Shown one piece after another: positions 1-11,301 of a stretch of 64,000 nt of DNA. Positions within the stretch are counted from its first letter, which is position 1. Each line of letters starts with the position of its first letter. A program made the position numbers and the translations under genes. The stretch comes from Asterias rubens (Eukaryota). The notes under the pieces are model-generated. The model saw only the letters and a list, made by a program, of their open reading frames with translations, was not told where the DNA came from and searched no databases. The stretch is from positions 4,898,001 to 4,962,000 of the forward strand of contig NC_047073.1 of NCBI RefSeq assembly GCF_902459465.1. Reading direction: 5' to 3'.

Positions 1-2433
1 AAATACCTAGCGATGTCAAAATATAAGACCCATTACTGCACTACATTATTACACAACACCACAGTGATTTAGTAACACAACCCGTAAACAAAAATACCAG
101 AAACCCTAGAGCCAAATCCTTCTCTCAAGGACAAATATGTGTACTTTTTGTTTTAACGTCCATTACACAACACACAGGACCAACAGTTTTACTGTCCCAT
201 CCAAAGCAACAATTGCCACGTATTTTTCTCCACTCACATTACAGAGAACTCTAGGTATTGGAAAATGCGATTCCACATGTACTGTACATCATAGAGATTT
301 TTTAACCACACTTTCTTTGAAGAAGACATACCATAGAGTAGAGTCAAATGATATCCTGTAAGGATGTTGACTTAACCTTTAAATGCGTTTATTTTTAAGC
401 CTTTGATGTGTGTCGTGTATGTTGTATGTTTATTACAAATACAACTTTTGGTACACTTTTCAAGGCCAGTCAACCGACCATTTGGAACCATTTAAATGCT
501 TGATTACTATAATTAGTACAGTATATTTCTTATTCTTGTAATTGCACGTTAAACTTCTTTTTTTAAATAATCATGGATATACATGTACAGGAGTGTACTG
601 ATACTACATGTAGGTTTTGGTGTATATCCACATGGTGCAGATTAATTTTACATCACATCAAACAAAAGCTCAACAATCGCACTAAACAACCAAATGAGGA
701 CGATATTATGGGTGTTGTAGCGTTTGCCAGTTCTTTAAATTTAAAGTTCCATTCAGCGAAGCAAGGCTGCAATAGAAGGCACGCTCGCTAATAACATTAG
801 GAAATTCTATATATAAACCAAGAACTGTAATGAAATTAAATTAACGTTAACCAATTTGAGAAACGACCATGGGTACAATGCATACACAAAAGTAAATGAC
901 AATACAGGATCGCATTCCGTTGCTGTGTAGCCACACTGTGCACACACTGCAAATACCATCACGGAAGAAGAAAAAACATATACGTACATGTACACAGTAG
1001 TTGATTTACAAATAGTTGCAATAAAACAACTTTCGGTTAGAAACCCACAGCAGCTTTCAATAGTGCAAAGCATTCCAAATAAAACAGTTCATTTTGAAGT
1101 AATGCGAGTATAATAAAATATAAAAAAATATAAAAATAAGTTTTGATGCCCCTTAATTTGAATCTGACTATTATAAGCGCATGTCAGTAACACTTCTCAG
1201 ATTGTTTAACATGTATTAGGGATTATTCTTCCAGCATTGGACATAATTCACTTTCGGATTTTCAGAAATATCTCAAAAACGCAACAAACTACTTTTGAAA
1301 TGAAATTTTCATGTGTTAGTTTTATTACATAGCAGATAGCACTAAAACAATCAAACGGTTTGTTATATAAACAAAGGCATCCATTGCCTTAAAAAGGGAA
1401 GAAAGAAAACATGCCAGGCAAAATCTCCTAGATCGTGGACGACAGGGCAGGGCTAGGCATTCTCTGCCACACTTGATTAATATCCTTGGTTGATTCTGTT
1501 CGCACACTCAGACATGGTTGAGATGATTTTTAAAAATCTTCATTCCAATGAAGTTATTAGATTTGTCCGGGTCATTAATACTCACTGCTCTTGATCCTGT
1601 CCTGTTGTGAGGCGATTCATGACTGGGGGGGGGGGGAGGGTGGACATGGAGGGACGAGAAAGCCTATAGAAATATACACGACCTTGGTCTATCCTATGTG
1701 TGCACATGAACCATTGCATTAGTTCTTCACGAGTGTACGCAGTATTTTTTACGAAGAGTAACCAAATCGCTTGTTAGATTGAGTAAATTTATTGACCGTG
1801 CAAGTCACAACGTGCGTGTTTCAATGTTTTTTTGTAATCATGGGTTCCCACGTAAATTGCTTTAAGGTGTGAAGTGTAAAGATATTGACGCATTCTAACG
1901 AGCCAAAGGTGTAAGTTTTGCACCATCTATTCCCACCCTCAACTCCTCAACGAAAACTCCACAAACTTACCAGCGGTTTACAATCTTTAGGTGAAATTAA
2001 CCCAAAACACTAAGTGCAGCGAGGGCTGCTGTCAAAACATGCTGACGTATTTTAATTAAGCTTATTTTAAAATGTCCACTGCCTCAAAGGGTTTAGGTAC
2101 ATGTACTTTGAGGTAGAGTGACTCCTCCTCTCTTTGCTTTAGGATAAGCAGAGCCATCAAATTGGGACTTGATCTTTGACCTTGAGTGCTTAAACATGAT
2201 GTGTATTTCAGTCATAAATTGGTGATCAATAATAACAAAGAGATTGAGTGTGGCATGATATAACAACACCAAACAAACAACTGTTTACTTTACAATTTTA
2301 ATAGAGAGCAATGGTCAAAATTAAAGGCATTTTACCCTTGTCACACGAAGTTGTGTGCTTTCTGATGCTTGATTACAGGACCTCAAAATCTAATTCTGAG
2401 GTCTCAAAGAGTCAAAATCAAATCCATGGAAAA

Positions 2434-2809
2434 TGCCTTGGATCGGTCGAGTTGGTCTTTGAAAAGCGTTTGTAACCGTTTGTTATAAAATGCATATGAT
2501 TAGAAAGATATTTTAAAAGTAGAATATAATGATCCACACAAGCATCACTCGAAATTGCTTGGTTTTCCTCTTACCTCGTCGACAAACACGGTCGGCCATT
2601 TATGGGAGTCAAATTTTTGACTCCCATAAATGGCCGACCGTGTTAGTTCGCAAGTTTAAGGAAAACCACGCAATTTCGAGGCAAATATGTGTGGATCATT
2701 GTATTCTACTTTTAAAACATCTTTCCAACCATATGCATTTTATATCAAATGGTTACAAAACGCTTTTTAAAGACCAACTCGTCCAATCCAAGGCAACGTG
2801 TTCCTTTAA
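2434..2809. mobile_element. Fully palindromic (foldback) TTAA-type MITE, left tip lost
   Basis: Central perfect 28-bp inverted repeat (2586-2613 / 2616-2643). The arms stay complementary out to tgccttggatcgg / tccaatccaaggcaacgtgttcctttaa. Confidence 0.9.
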
Positions 2810-3089
2810 ACACATGTCATGACACGACATAACGTGCGGAAACAAGGGTGGGTTTTCCCGTTATTTTCTCCCGACTCTGATGACCAATTGAGCCTAAATG
2901 TTCACAGGTTTGTTATTTGATATAGAAGTTGTGGTAAACGAAGTGTGGGCCTTGGACATTACTGTTAACCGAAAGTGTATAATGGCTTTAAGCCTAAATT
3001 TTCACAGGTTTGTTATTTTATATAAAGTTGTGATAAACGAAGTGTGGGCCTTGGACAATACTGTTTACCGAAAGTGGCCGATGGCTTTA
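2810..3089 (-). mobile_element. Truncated copy of TTAA-MITE family A with a 100-bp terminal duplication
   Basis: Reverse-complement match to 4176-4352; gcctaaat.ttcacaggtttg restarts at 2892 and 2992. Confidence 0.88.
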
Positions 3090-3696
3090 CCATATGTATA
3101 CAAATAATAAAATAGTAAAAAATCAAAAATAAATTAATAAAAAAGTGATGCATTATAAATAAATAAATAAACCCATAAATAAACCAAAAAAAATAAACAA
3201 ATGAATAAGTAATACACTGTCCACACCACTCAAATGATCAGGTGAATCCTTCAACAAATAGATCACCCCAATTTCCCCAAAGTAGGACCTTATCACTTTT
3301 CTGAATAACCAATATATAATCACGCCTTTGGGTTCACAAACTTTCTGCAAGTACTGTTTACATAAAGATTACATACGTGTAGTTTTACGTACCAGTGCGT
3401 GTCCGTCTCTGTGTTTGCAGTGGTAACGTCACTGATAACGATTTGGTCCGGATGATGTAAGGTTTTCAATCTAAGAATGACATACTACAATGGAATTTTA
3501 GTTTAACATAAGTCTGTGTGATTTGCATTCCATAATGAGGTATCAATGTCATGTATTTAAGTTTGCGGTAACACCATTATGATTTTTATTTTATGAGAAT
3601 TTCTCATGCTATGTAAACATCTACGTACATTGTACATATTCTATTGCTGCAAAGAAGATTTTGGAATTTGTGAAAAGATGTCTCTCACACTCTTTA

Positions 3697-3740
3697 GTCT
3701 CCTGACGATGACTAGAGCGAGCTAGTTGAAACGCTGAGAC
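3697..3740 (+). ncRNA. Minimal type I hammerhead ribozyme motif of the Penelope-like element type, slightly mutated
   Basis: GTCTC-CTGACGA-T-GACTAG(agcgag)CTAGTT-GAAA-CG-CT-GAGAC. Stem I is GTCTC/GAGAC, stem II is 6 bp, and the CUGANGA and GAAA cores are present. The tiny palindromic stem III has C where canonical U16.1 should be. Confidence 0.75.
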
Positions 3741-4175
3741 CAATCAAGAACTCTCTCCGCGGCAGTGAAGTTAATAACGAGAAGGCCTCTCAATCCACTA
3801 TTAGTAGTACATGTAGTCCCGAGTGATTTCCAACCTTCCGCCCAGGTAGTAGCTAATAAGCAGGACAGTTCTTTTCAGAAGTAAAGTCTTATAAACAAAA
3901 TCTACTCTTCGGCAGTAAAATAAATAGCAAGACGAGTTCTCACAAAGACAAAATACTCTACACAGCATGCAAACTAATGTCACATACATTTGTACATGTA
4001 CGTACATGTACATGTATGTAGTGTAATTGCAAACAGAATTCAGTAAACCTTTGAATCTACAAAAATGTATGAAGATACGTTTCGTAATCACTCTTGAAAG
4101 AAGCATGTACAACGTACAATATGTGCATTGTACAGCAGCATTCGATTGTACAGCATTTTCCAAAACATTTCACTT

Positions 4176-4548
4176 TTAAAGCCATTGGACCCTTTCGGTA
4201 AACAGTGTTGTCCAAGGCCCACACTTTGTGTACCACAACTTCTATATCAAATAACAAACCTGTGAACATTTAGGCTCAATCGGTCATCGGAGTCGGGAGA
4301 AAACAACGGAAAAACCCACCCTTGTTTCCGCGCGTTTCGCCGTGTCATGACATGTGTTTAAAATAAGTCCGTAATTCTCGTTAACGAGAATTTATATTGT
4401 TTTGCTGTTTTCTCAAAAAGTAAAGCATTTCATGGAATAATATTTCAAGAGAAGTCTTTCACCATTGCCTTCTGTAAACCTATAAGTTATTTGTAAATCT
4501 GTGAACTTTTTTTTTTTTTTCTGAACCGAAAGGGTCCAATGGCTTTAA
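4176..4548 (+). mobile_element. TTAA-flanked MITE family A (Kolobok-like), full length
   Basis: TTAA on both sides; perfect 20-bp TIR AGCCATTGGACCCTTTCGGT. Confidence 0.9.
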
Positions 4549-6280
4549 GTATGTAATGTGGTTACAGTATGTAAAAAGCATTGTTAATGGTATTTAAGTT
4601 TCTTGGATTGCTACATGTACATAGGGATTATTCTTACTGCGGGGACGTTATATTCGCTCCAGATTTTTGGCGACAACTCAAAAACGCGACCAACTTTTGA
4701 AATTCAATTTCTTCGCTTTAAAAGTATCCAGTGTGCGAGTTGACTGGTTGCAGAGAGCAATACTGATCAAGGAAAAAGCAATCGCACTCCCCACTGCAAT
4801 CATTAAATCAATGGAACCCTCGCGATGACAAACGCAAATCAATGAAATAATTTACAGGAAGGTCAGTGCACCTCATAGAATTATTTTGTTTTTTAGAAGC
4901 TCATCTCCCCATCCAGCTTCCCCAAGAGGCGAGAACCCCCAAAAGGTACACTGTCTTGCGTGCTAAGGTAATTGTTTAATTTGATATTACGAGTGCAATT
5001 TTAAAAGCCGGGTTTGAAATTAACACGGAACCAAAAGGGGTTTTAGCGTTCGGCCAGTGAACTCGCAACCGAACAAGTCGGACAATCTTGTGTCAGTGAA
5101 GAACGATACCTCATCTCCCATTTAATAAACAAAGAAAGTGTTTTATTTTGAGTCTGATATTATCCAAGACAATTGAAATTTAATCTTCTCTTTGTTCTTT
5201 GTGGTTGTTCAAATAAAAACAGTTAATTTTCGACACTGTGAAGATATATTTTTTTTTCTTCTCATTTCATTCTGTTCGGGACCGGACTTATTTTCAAGTA
5301 AAATTTTGGAGCTACATTACATGTACTTACATCAGATCATGTACAATGTTTTACAAGCCCTGTAGTCAGACTGTGGACTTTTCTTTCTCCCATAAAAAAG
5401 CAATGAAAAAGGTTTTTCAAGACGTACGTGTTGCAATTGTATGGCAAGTGTATGGTAAGAGTGTTCCTTCAGGATATTTGTTTCTTGTATTTAATCTTTT
5501 CTATTTATTTACAACATCAGTATTCACTATTTAAGTTTAAATAACAAGGGGCCATTCAAAACAAATTTGATTTGTACGTGTGCACATGTAACAAAAACAA
5601 TATTGAATAACCTATTCATACAAAATATGACATCATCTTCCATCTCTTATTCAAAGCGTCTCAATGACCTTGTAATATGATTAACAGCTGAACATGTCTA
5701 ATATTATTGCCTCTATTCTCTACAAGTCATGTACACTGTACCATATGTATGTAAACATGTATGGTGGTTTTTATCGCTAGAGACCAGATGAGACTTCTTT
5801 GCAATGCATTTCTGGACGCTAAGTTTAAGTACAGAATTGGTATACTACAATGTACATGTAGGCCCACAGTTGTATTGACATCATACTATCAGTGTAACAC
5901 TGAGATTTATCATTTATGTTTTGGGTTGGTTTTTTTTGGGGGGGGGGAGGGGGGGTGAGGCTGTGGTCCGATGCGTTTACGATGTGTATCATCATTCATG
6001 TCAATGTTTTCCTGTTGTACTGCACAGTTTATGTATAACACATTTTTTTTTTTTTTTTTTTTTTTTTGCAGTGCTTCAAATCTTTGCAAAATGTCCCGAG
6101 GAACACTGAAACAAAATTCTTTCAACTGAATATGTAGTTTGAACTTTCATATTCAGTCGGCTCCCTCTGAAGTAGCATAGATTTTGAAATAGAGGTAGTT
6201 TCTAAGTAAAATAATAAAAGACTTCTAGCTAGAAGTCTTTTATTCCTATCTAAAAGCACACAAATTCGTCCAATATGTCC

Positions 6281-6428
6281 AACAAGGGTGTTTTTTTTTT
6301 TATCATCTTCTCCAAACTCCAGTGACCAATTGAGCTCAAATTTTCACAGGTTTGTTATTTTATGCATAGAGATACACCACGTGAGACGCTGGATTTTGAC
6401 AGTTACCAATAGTGTACCTTCCCTTTAA
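6281..6428 (-). mobile_element. Partial TTAA-MITE family B
   Basis: Matches the first part of 60560-60928 in reverse; ends ccctttaa. Confidence 0.8.
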
Positions 6429-7045
6429 CTGGGTGTGGTTTACTACGTGACTTCATGCATGGAGTGCCTACACGTAGTGGATTATGGCTTACTGTCGTGA
6501 ACCTACACACTTGTGGCCTGCTTTGGAGGTCGGACAGGATTTGTTATCATCATGAGCTATAAAGAGTCAACAAGGAACTTGTTCAAGGTGTCAACAAGTG
6601 ATAACTCATACATGAATAATCCGGATCCTTCAGATCCAACCTTTGCTCAGGAAATGTTGTACAATATTAAAGATAAAATACCATTTAATACAAACATGTA
6701 CACTATTCAACAAGTAGGCCTTTCATGTACTGCAAACAAGTTTGAAAAAACTTTGATCTAAAAAGTGTTGGGTTGTTCAGTTTGCACCAATCTGATCATC
6801 CAAAGATTCATATTCCTGCCTCACTTATAATTTATTTTCAATGTATAATCCATCCTGCTCGTAAGGAACTCTACATATAATACGTAGCATCTAAAACATG
6901 AAAGTACAGTAACACATAATACATGTCTCCATATTACATACTGTGTACCGTAAAAACTATGCGTGATGCTCAGTATATACGTATTCATTTTAAGGAACTG
7001 CGCACTAAGCAAGACGGACTTGTGGTTTTCCAACCTTATGTACAT

Positions 7046-8766
7046 GGGCGATTCCGCGGTAACACGCGTTACGCTTTTGAGGGTCCTTCATCATTCTCCA
7101 TTCTCTGGCTGCAAAACTACTTTGATTTAAGTGTTCATCTTTTGTATTTTAAAACCTGAATATCTAGGCTAGATCCCCATGTCCACACAAAAGTGAAAGA
7201 TCAACTGGTTTAGCTGAGAGAGCTCTGCGAAAATCGGTAACACGCGTTACGCTGAATGGAAAGACCAAAAAAATACCGAACTTCATTTCAACTTTGTCCT
7301 AAAACTAACCAGCCTACAACAAATTTGTTTCTATTGTCATCAAGTACTATGCTAAGGTTTATCATACCAAAATAATTACAATAATCCAAGTGTAACTTAT
7401 TTAGTAAATTTCAAAATAGTCGGTAACACGCGTTACGGTAACACAGGTTACAATTTTTCCAAGCTACATGTTTATATGTTATTTCAATTGTTGAGTTACA
7501 AATTCTCAAAAAATATAAACCAATATCAGTTGCACATTATATTTAAAGAGCAAAAAAAATTAAATAGACCTTTTTCTTAACGTTTTGCTCTACATATCAC
7601 AAAATTTAAGGTAACACGCGTTACGGTAACACGCGTTACAATTTGTCTTGCTACTTTATTGATGTTATTTCAATTGTTGAGTTACAATTTCTCAAATTTA
7701 TCAACCAATATCAGTTGCACATCATATTTGAAGAGCAAAACAGTAGCTATAGACCTTTCTATTCATTTATTTTTTTAGTTGCTCTACATCTCCCAAAATT
7801 TGTAGTGCACGCGATTGTTCACTATCACGGGTTCTCCAGTTTCCTAATAATATGATTCCTAAAATAAAATGTTTTGTCAGCTTTAGGACTTGCCAACTTC
7901 CAATTCCTTCAAGCAGGGGGCATCCCTAAAACACTGAAGTCATTTTCTTCACTTACTTGCATTACATCACCACGGAAATAATCCTAATCATAAAACCACA
8001 AAAAATAACTCCCCACTCTTAGAACTGTTAATTTGACCCCCCCCCCCCCCCCCCCCCATTCCATCGACATGTCCTTTGCCGTGGGATGTTGAAAAGTAAT
8101 TCAACCTCATTCACATTATGCTTGCCTACCAGGCCATGGAACGTGGCAGGAATATTTAAGTTTTTAAACTGTGTGCTGTGCCCATCTGACCCTTGTGTAT
8201 TGGGCTTGGTAACACGCGTTACATTGGTAGCACGCGTTACATGGTAACACGCGTTACAGTTTTCGGAGGCTCATTGTGAAGCGGTGGTTAAGAATTCATC
8301 TAAGTTTTTACATGAGCCCTTATTAGTAGGAGGAAAATTAAAAGTTGCAGCATTTGAAACCAGGTTGTTTAGTAATTATATTTAAAAGTGTGTGTTTTGG
8401 TAACACGCGTTACGCTCTCTGAGAGTACCTTAAACCAAGTGTTGACATAAGTGTACATTAAGTTGTATTGAAATTTTACATATTTTTTCTGAAAGAATAC
8501 TGCCCATACTTGCTCTCATTAATACTTTTTTAAAGAAAATTGATACTGACTATAAAAATAGGTCAAATTGATAAAACCATAAAAAACATTACTTTTTTCC
8601 CCCACCAAAGTGCACTATTGGAAAATTAATTTTTTTCAGTTAACAATATCCGAACAGAATAAAAAAAATTCCCCTGACACTTGGACATGTTTGGAATGAT
8701 ATAAAGATAAATTCTGGGAGCAATTTCATTTATCTAAGAAAATTCCACCTTTTCATGGAATCGCCC
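7046..8766. mobile_element. 1.7-kb non-autonomous DNA transposon, Sola2-like (GGG termini, 4-bp TSD)
   Basis: TIR GGGCGATTCC / GGAATCGCCC with ACAT on both flanks (7042-7045, 8767-8770). About 10 internal GGTAACACGCGTTAC motifs and an internal 188-bp tandem duplication (7422-7609 / 7610-7800). The superfamily is inferred from the termini and TSD only. Confidence 0.7.
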
Positions 8767-9543
8767 ACATGTACTTCCACAAACAAACAACATTGCACTC
8801 TCCCTTTAAAAAATATAATCCAAGCTTTCTTTCTAGAAACGTCTTGTTCAGATCAGCCAAGCTCACCATGGAAACCTTGACACTATGTAACCTGAATGTA
8901 ATAAATTCAACAAGGGGTCTAGCTAGTCAAGAATACCACCTCACTCCCAGAGGGAATGGCAAGCGTTGTCTCAAATAACATGGACGGCAGTGATTTTTAT
9001 ATGGAAACTTTGGCATGCAGAAAGTGAATCCTGATATAGACCACTAATGTAATACTAGGTCCTTTGATGTGACCACAGTTGAAGTACAGGGAATTTTTAA
9101 CCAACAAGCCTAATTGATAGGTGACCGGGTAAAATGAAATTTGTAATAAATTACTGTGTAGTGATGATTTAATTTCCTGTATTGCCTGCTTGTACTACCT
9201 GCCCACGTAATAAAGGAACCTGCAGTAAGGGGCCACTGCAATACGTAATAGAGATCACTAAGTGTAGCTGAGCGGTCGAGCGCACTGAAATCTACAATGC
9301 TTCTGGTGTTTCTGATTATGCAGTGTCCACACACCAAGTTTGGAGTTGATACGCTAAGTACGAGTACTTAATAATTCTTTTACTTCACACAAAGCAACAA
9401 GTTAAAAACAAACATACTATTCCAGATAAACATCAAGTAGAAAACTTAGTGATGACCTCAATTGACTCAGCAATCTTCAGCCAAACTTCCCAAATTTTAG
9501 TCCAGAATCCCCCACCGTGTTTAAGAAAATCCTAACTTGCATG

Positions 9544-9905
9544 TAAGCTTGGGCGATATCAGGATATTATCGAATATCGCGATATTAATTTGGAAACGAT
9601 TTCGATATCGGATCGATTTGGTTTTAATCGAAATATCGATATATCGCGATATCGATTAAATATCGCAATATCACGATGTATTTCCTAGCTGAGACATCTT
9701 GCACCCCATAGGTTTGGAGTAAAACCAAAAGAATAGGTCATTAGAACACCTCTCTTATGCTATGACTGTCTCTTCTACAACTTTCACTTGGAGTTTGAAG
9801 ACTGATAATGTCAAATTTAATTAATCGCGATTATATCGAATATCGCGATATACGTATTGTCGGTGATATATCGTGAATAAAATAAATCGATATCGCCCAA
9901 GCTTA
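9544..9905. mobile_element. hAT-type MITE
   Basis: 17-bp perfect TIR TAAGCTTGGGCGATATC with a perfect 8-bp TSD CTTGCATG (9536-9543, 9906-9913); CGATAT-rich subterminal repeats. Confidence 0.92.
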
Positions 9906-10347
9906 CTTGCATGTACATGTACATATAGGTAAACCCAAAAGACTGATAACACCCATTTAAAGATTAATCAAATATGTTGATCTTTGTAGTGAAATTAAGG
10001 CCTCTACGCGTATGGATCATGCAGGATGATAAAGCACACATGACAATCTACGTGGATCAAGACTTGCCTAAAATAACCGCTTTGAAATTGCCTTCAAAAC
10101 AAGTCTCCAAATAGTGTGAACTCCTCCCTCAAGAAAAATTTAATTGTGAGATTAACGACTACTGGAAAATGGTGTTAACCAAGTGTCTACATGTACATGT
10201 ACATGTAACTAGCAGAAGAAAAGTGTTGCAATTAGAAAACAAGGGGAAATTCCTTGTCACCAGGGATCAATTCTTCTGGCCACAGTGAATGTTTGATTAG
10301 TACCCGAGGGGAATCACAAACAAATTCAGGTACATTTAAAGGCACTG

Positions 10348-10469
10348 TGACCGATTTCTAGAAACGCTAGGATGGGTTCAATTCGTCCTACGTATTTGGA
10401 TACGGGACTGAACCCGTCCTAAGTCCTAAGATTAATCCTAAGTTAGGAAGAGTTGGGTGAAATCGACGG
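10348..10469. mobile_element. 122-bp MITE nested in the left end of a family B element
   Basis: ggcaCTG | tgaccgatttc ... gaaatcgacgg | CTGgacacc interrupts the ttaaaggcactggacac terminus. Confidence 0.65.
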
Positions 10470-10531
10470 CTGGACACCTTTGGTAATTGTCAAAGACCAG
10501 ATCAACAAACACAGTGTTGGGAACTCCTTCA

Positions 10532-10738
10532 CAGGCCTGAAACATTACTTCACGAAGCCAACAAAGGCAATTGCCTCTATGCCCCCTGGTCATTGCCTTG
10601 GTGCCCTTGAAATGTTACAAAAGAAATTTACAATGTACTTGTACATGTACATCATGTATAGAATGCCCTTTACCCAAGGAGAAAGAGCATGGGTGCCCTT
10701 GCTCTTTCAAAAAAACGTAGCATACATGTACAGGGTTG
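10532..10738. mobile_element. CAGGCCTG-terminal MITE, 6-bp TSD
   Basis: Starts CAGGCCTG, ends CAGGGTTG; CCTTCA on both flanks. Confidence 0.75.
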
Positions 10739-10941
10739 CCTTCATCAAGAAAAATTGAGTTGAGAGATAAAACGATTAATAGCAAGTGTCTAACTAGCTG
10801 TAGAAAAGTGTTGCAATTAAAAAACACAGGAAGATCCTTGTCACCACAGGGATCAATTTTTCAGGCAACACTGAATGTTTGATTAGTACCCGAGGGGGGA
10901 TAACCAAAGTGTTCAGGTACATGTACATGTACATTGCAGAT

Positions 10942-11301
10942 TTAAAGGCACTGGACACTATTGGTAATTACTTTAAACATAATGTACATGTAGTTAGCAT
11001 AAAACCTCACTTGGTAATGAGCAATGGAGTAGCTGTTGATAGTCAAAACAATTGTGAGAAACGGCTCCCTCTGAAGTAACACAGTTTTTGAGAAAGAGGT
11101 ACAGTGTACATATAGGCCTAATTTCTCACTCAAATAATAAAAGGCTACAGCTGAAGCCTCATGTTATGCAAGGTTTTTTTCTTTCATAATTCTCTTGCAA
11201 ATTCAATTACTAACTGAGCCAAAATTTTCACATGTTTATTATTTAATACAACTGTTGGGATACAAAAAGTGAGCATTACCATAGGTGTCCAGTGCTTTTA
11301 A
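10942..11301 (-). mobile_element. TTAA-MITE family B
   Basis: ttaaaggcactggacactattggtaatt ... ggtgtccagtgcttttaa. Confidence 0.88.

Larger units (their letters stand above)
10205..10950 (+). repeat. Local direct duplication (10205-10347 vs 10790-10950), each copy running into a family B MITE terminus
   Basis: taactagc.g.agaaaagtgttgcaatta...gaatgtttgattagtacccgagggg...ttaaaggcactg is present twice. Confidence 0.85.

Noticed and set aside
7058-8413. CRISPR-like array of GGTAACACGCGTTAC repeats
   Set aside because: 15-bp repeats with irregular spacing (0-570 bp) inside a TIR element in an animal genome; no cas genes.
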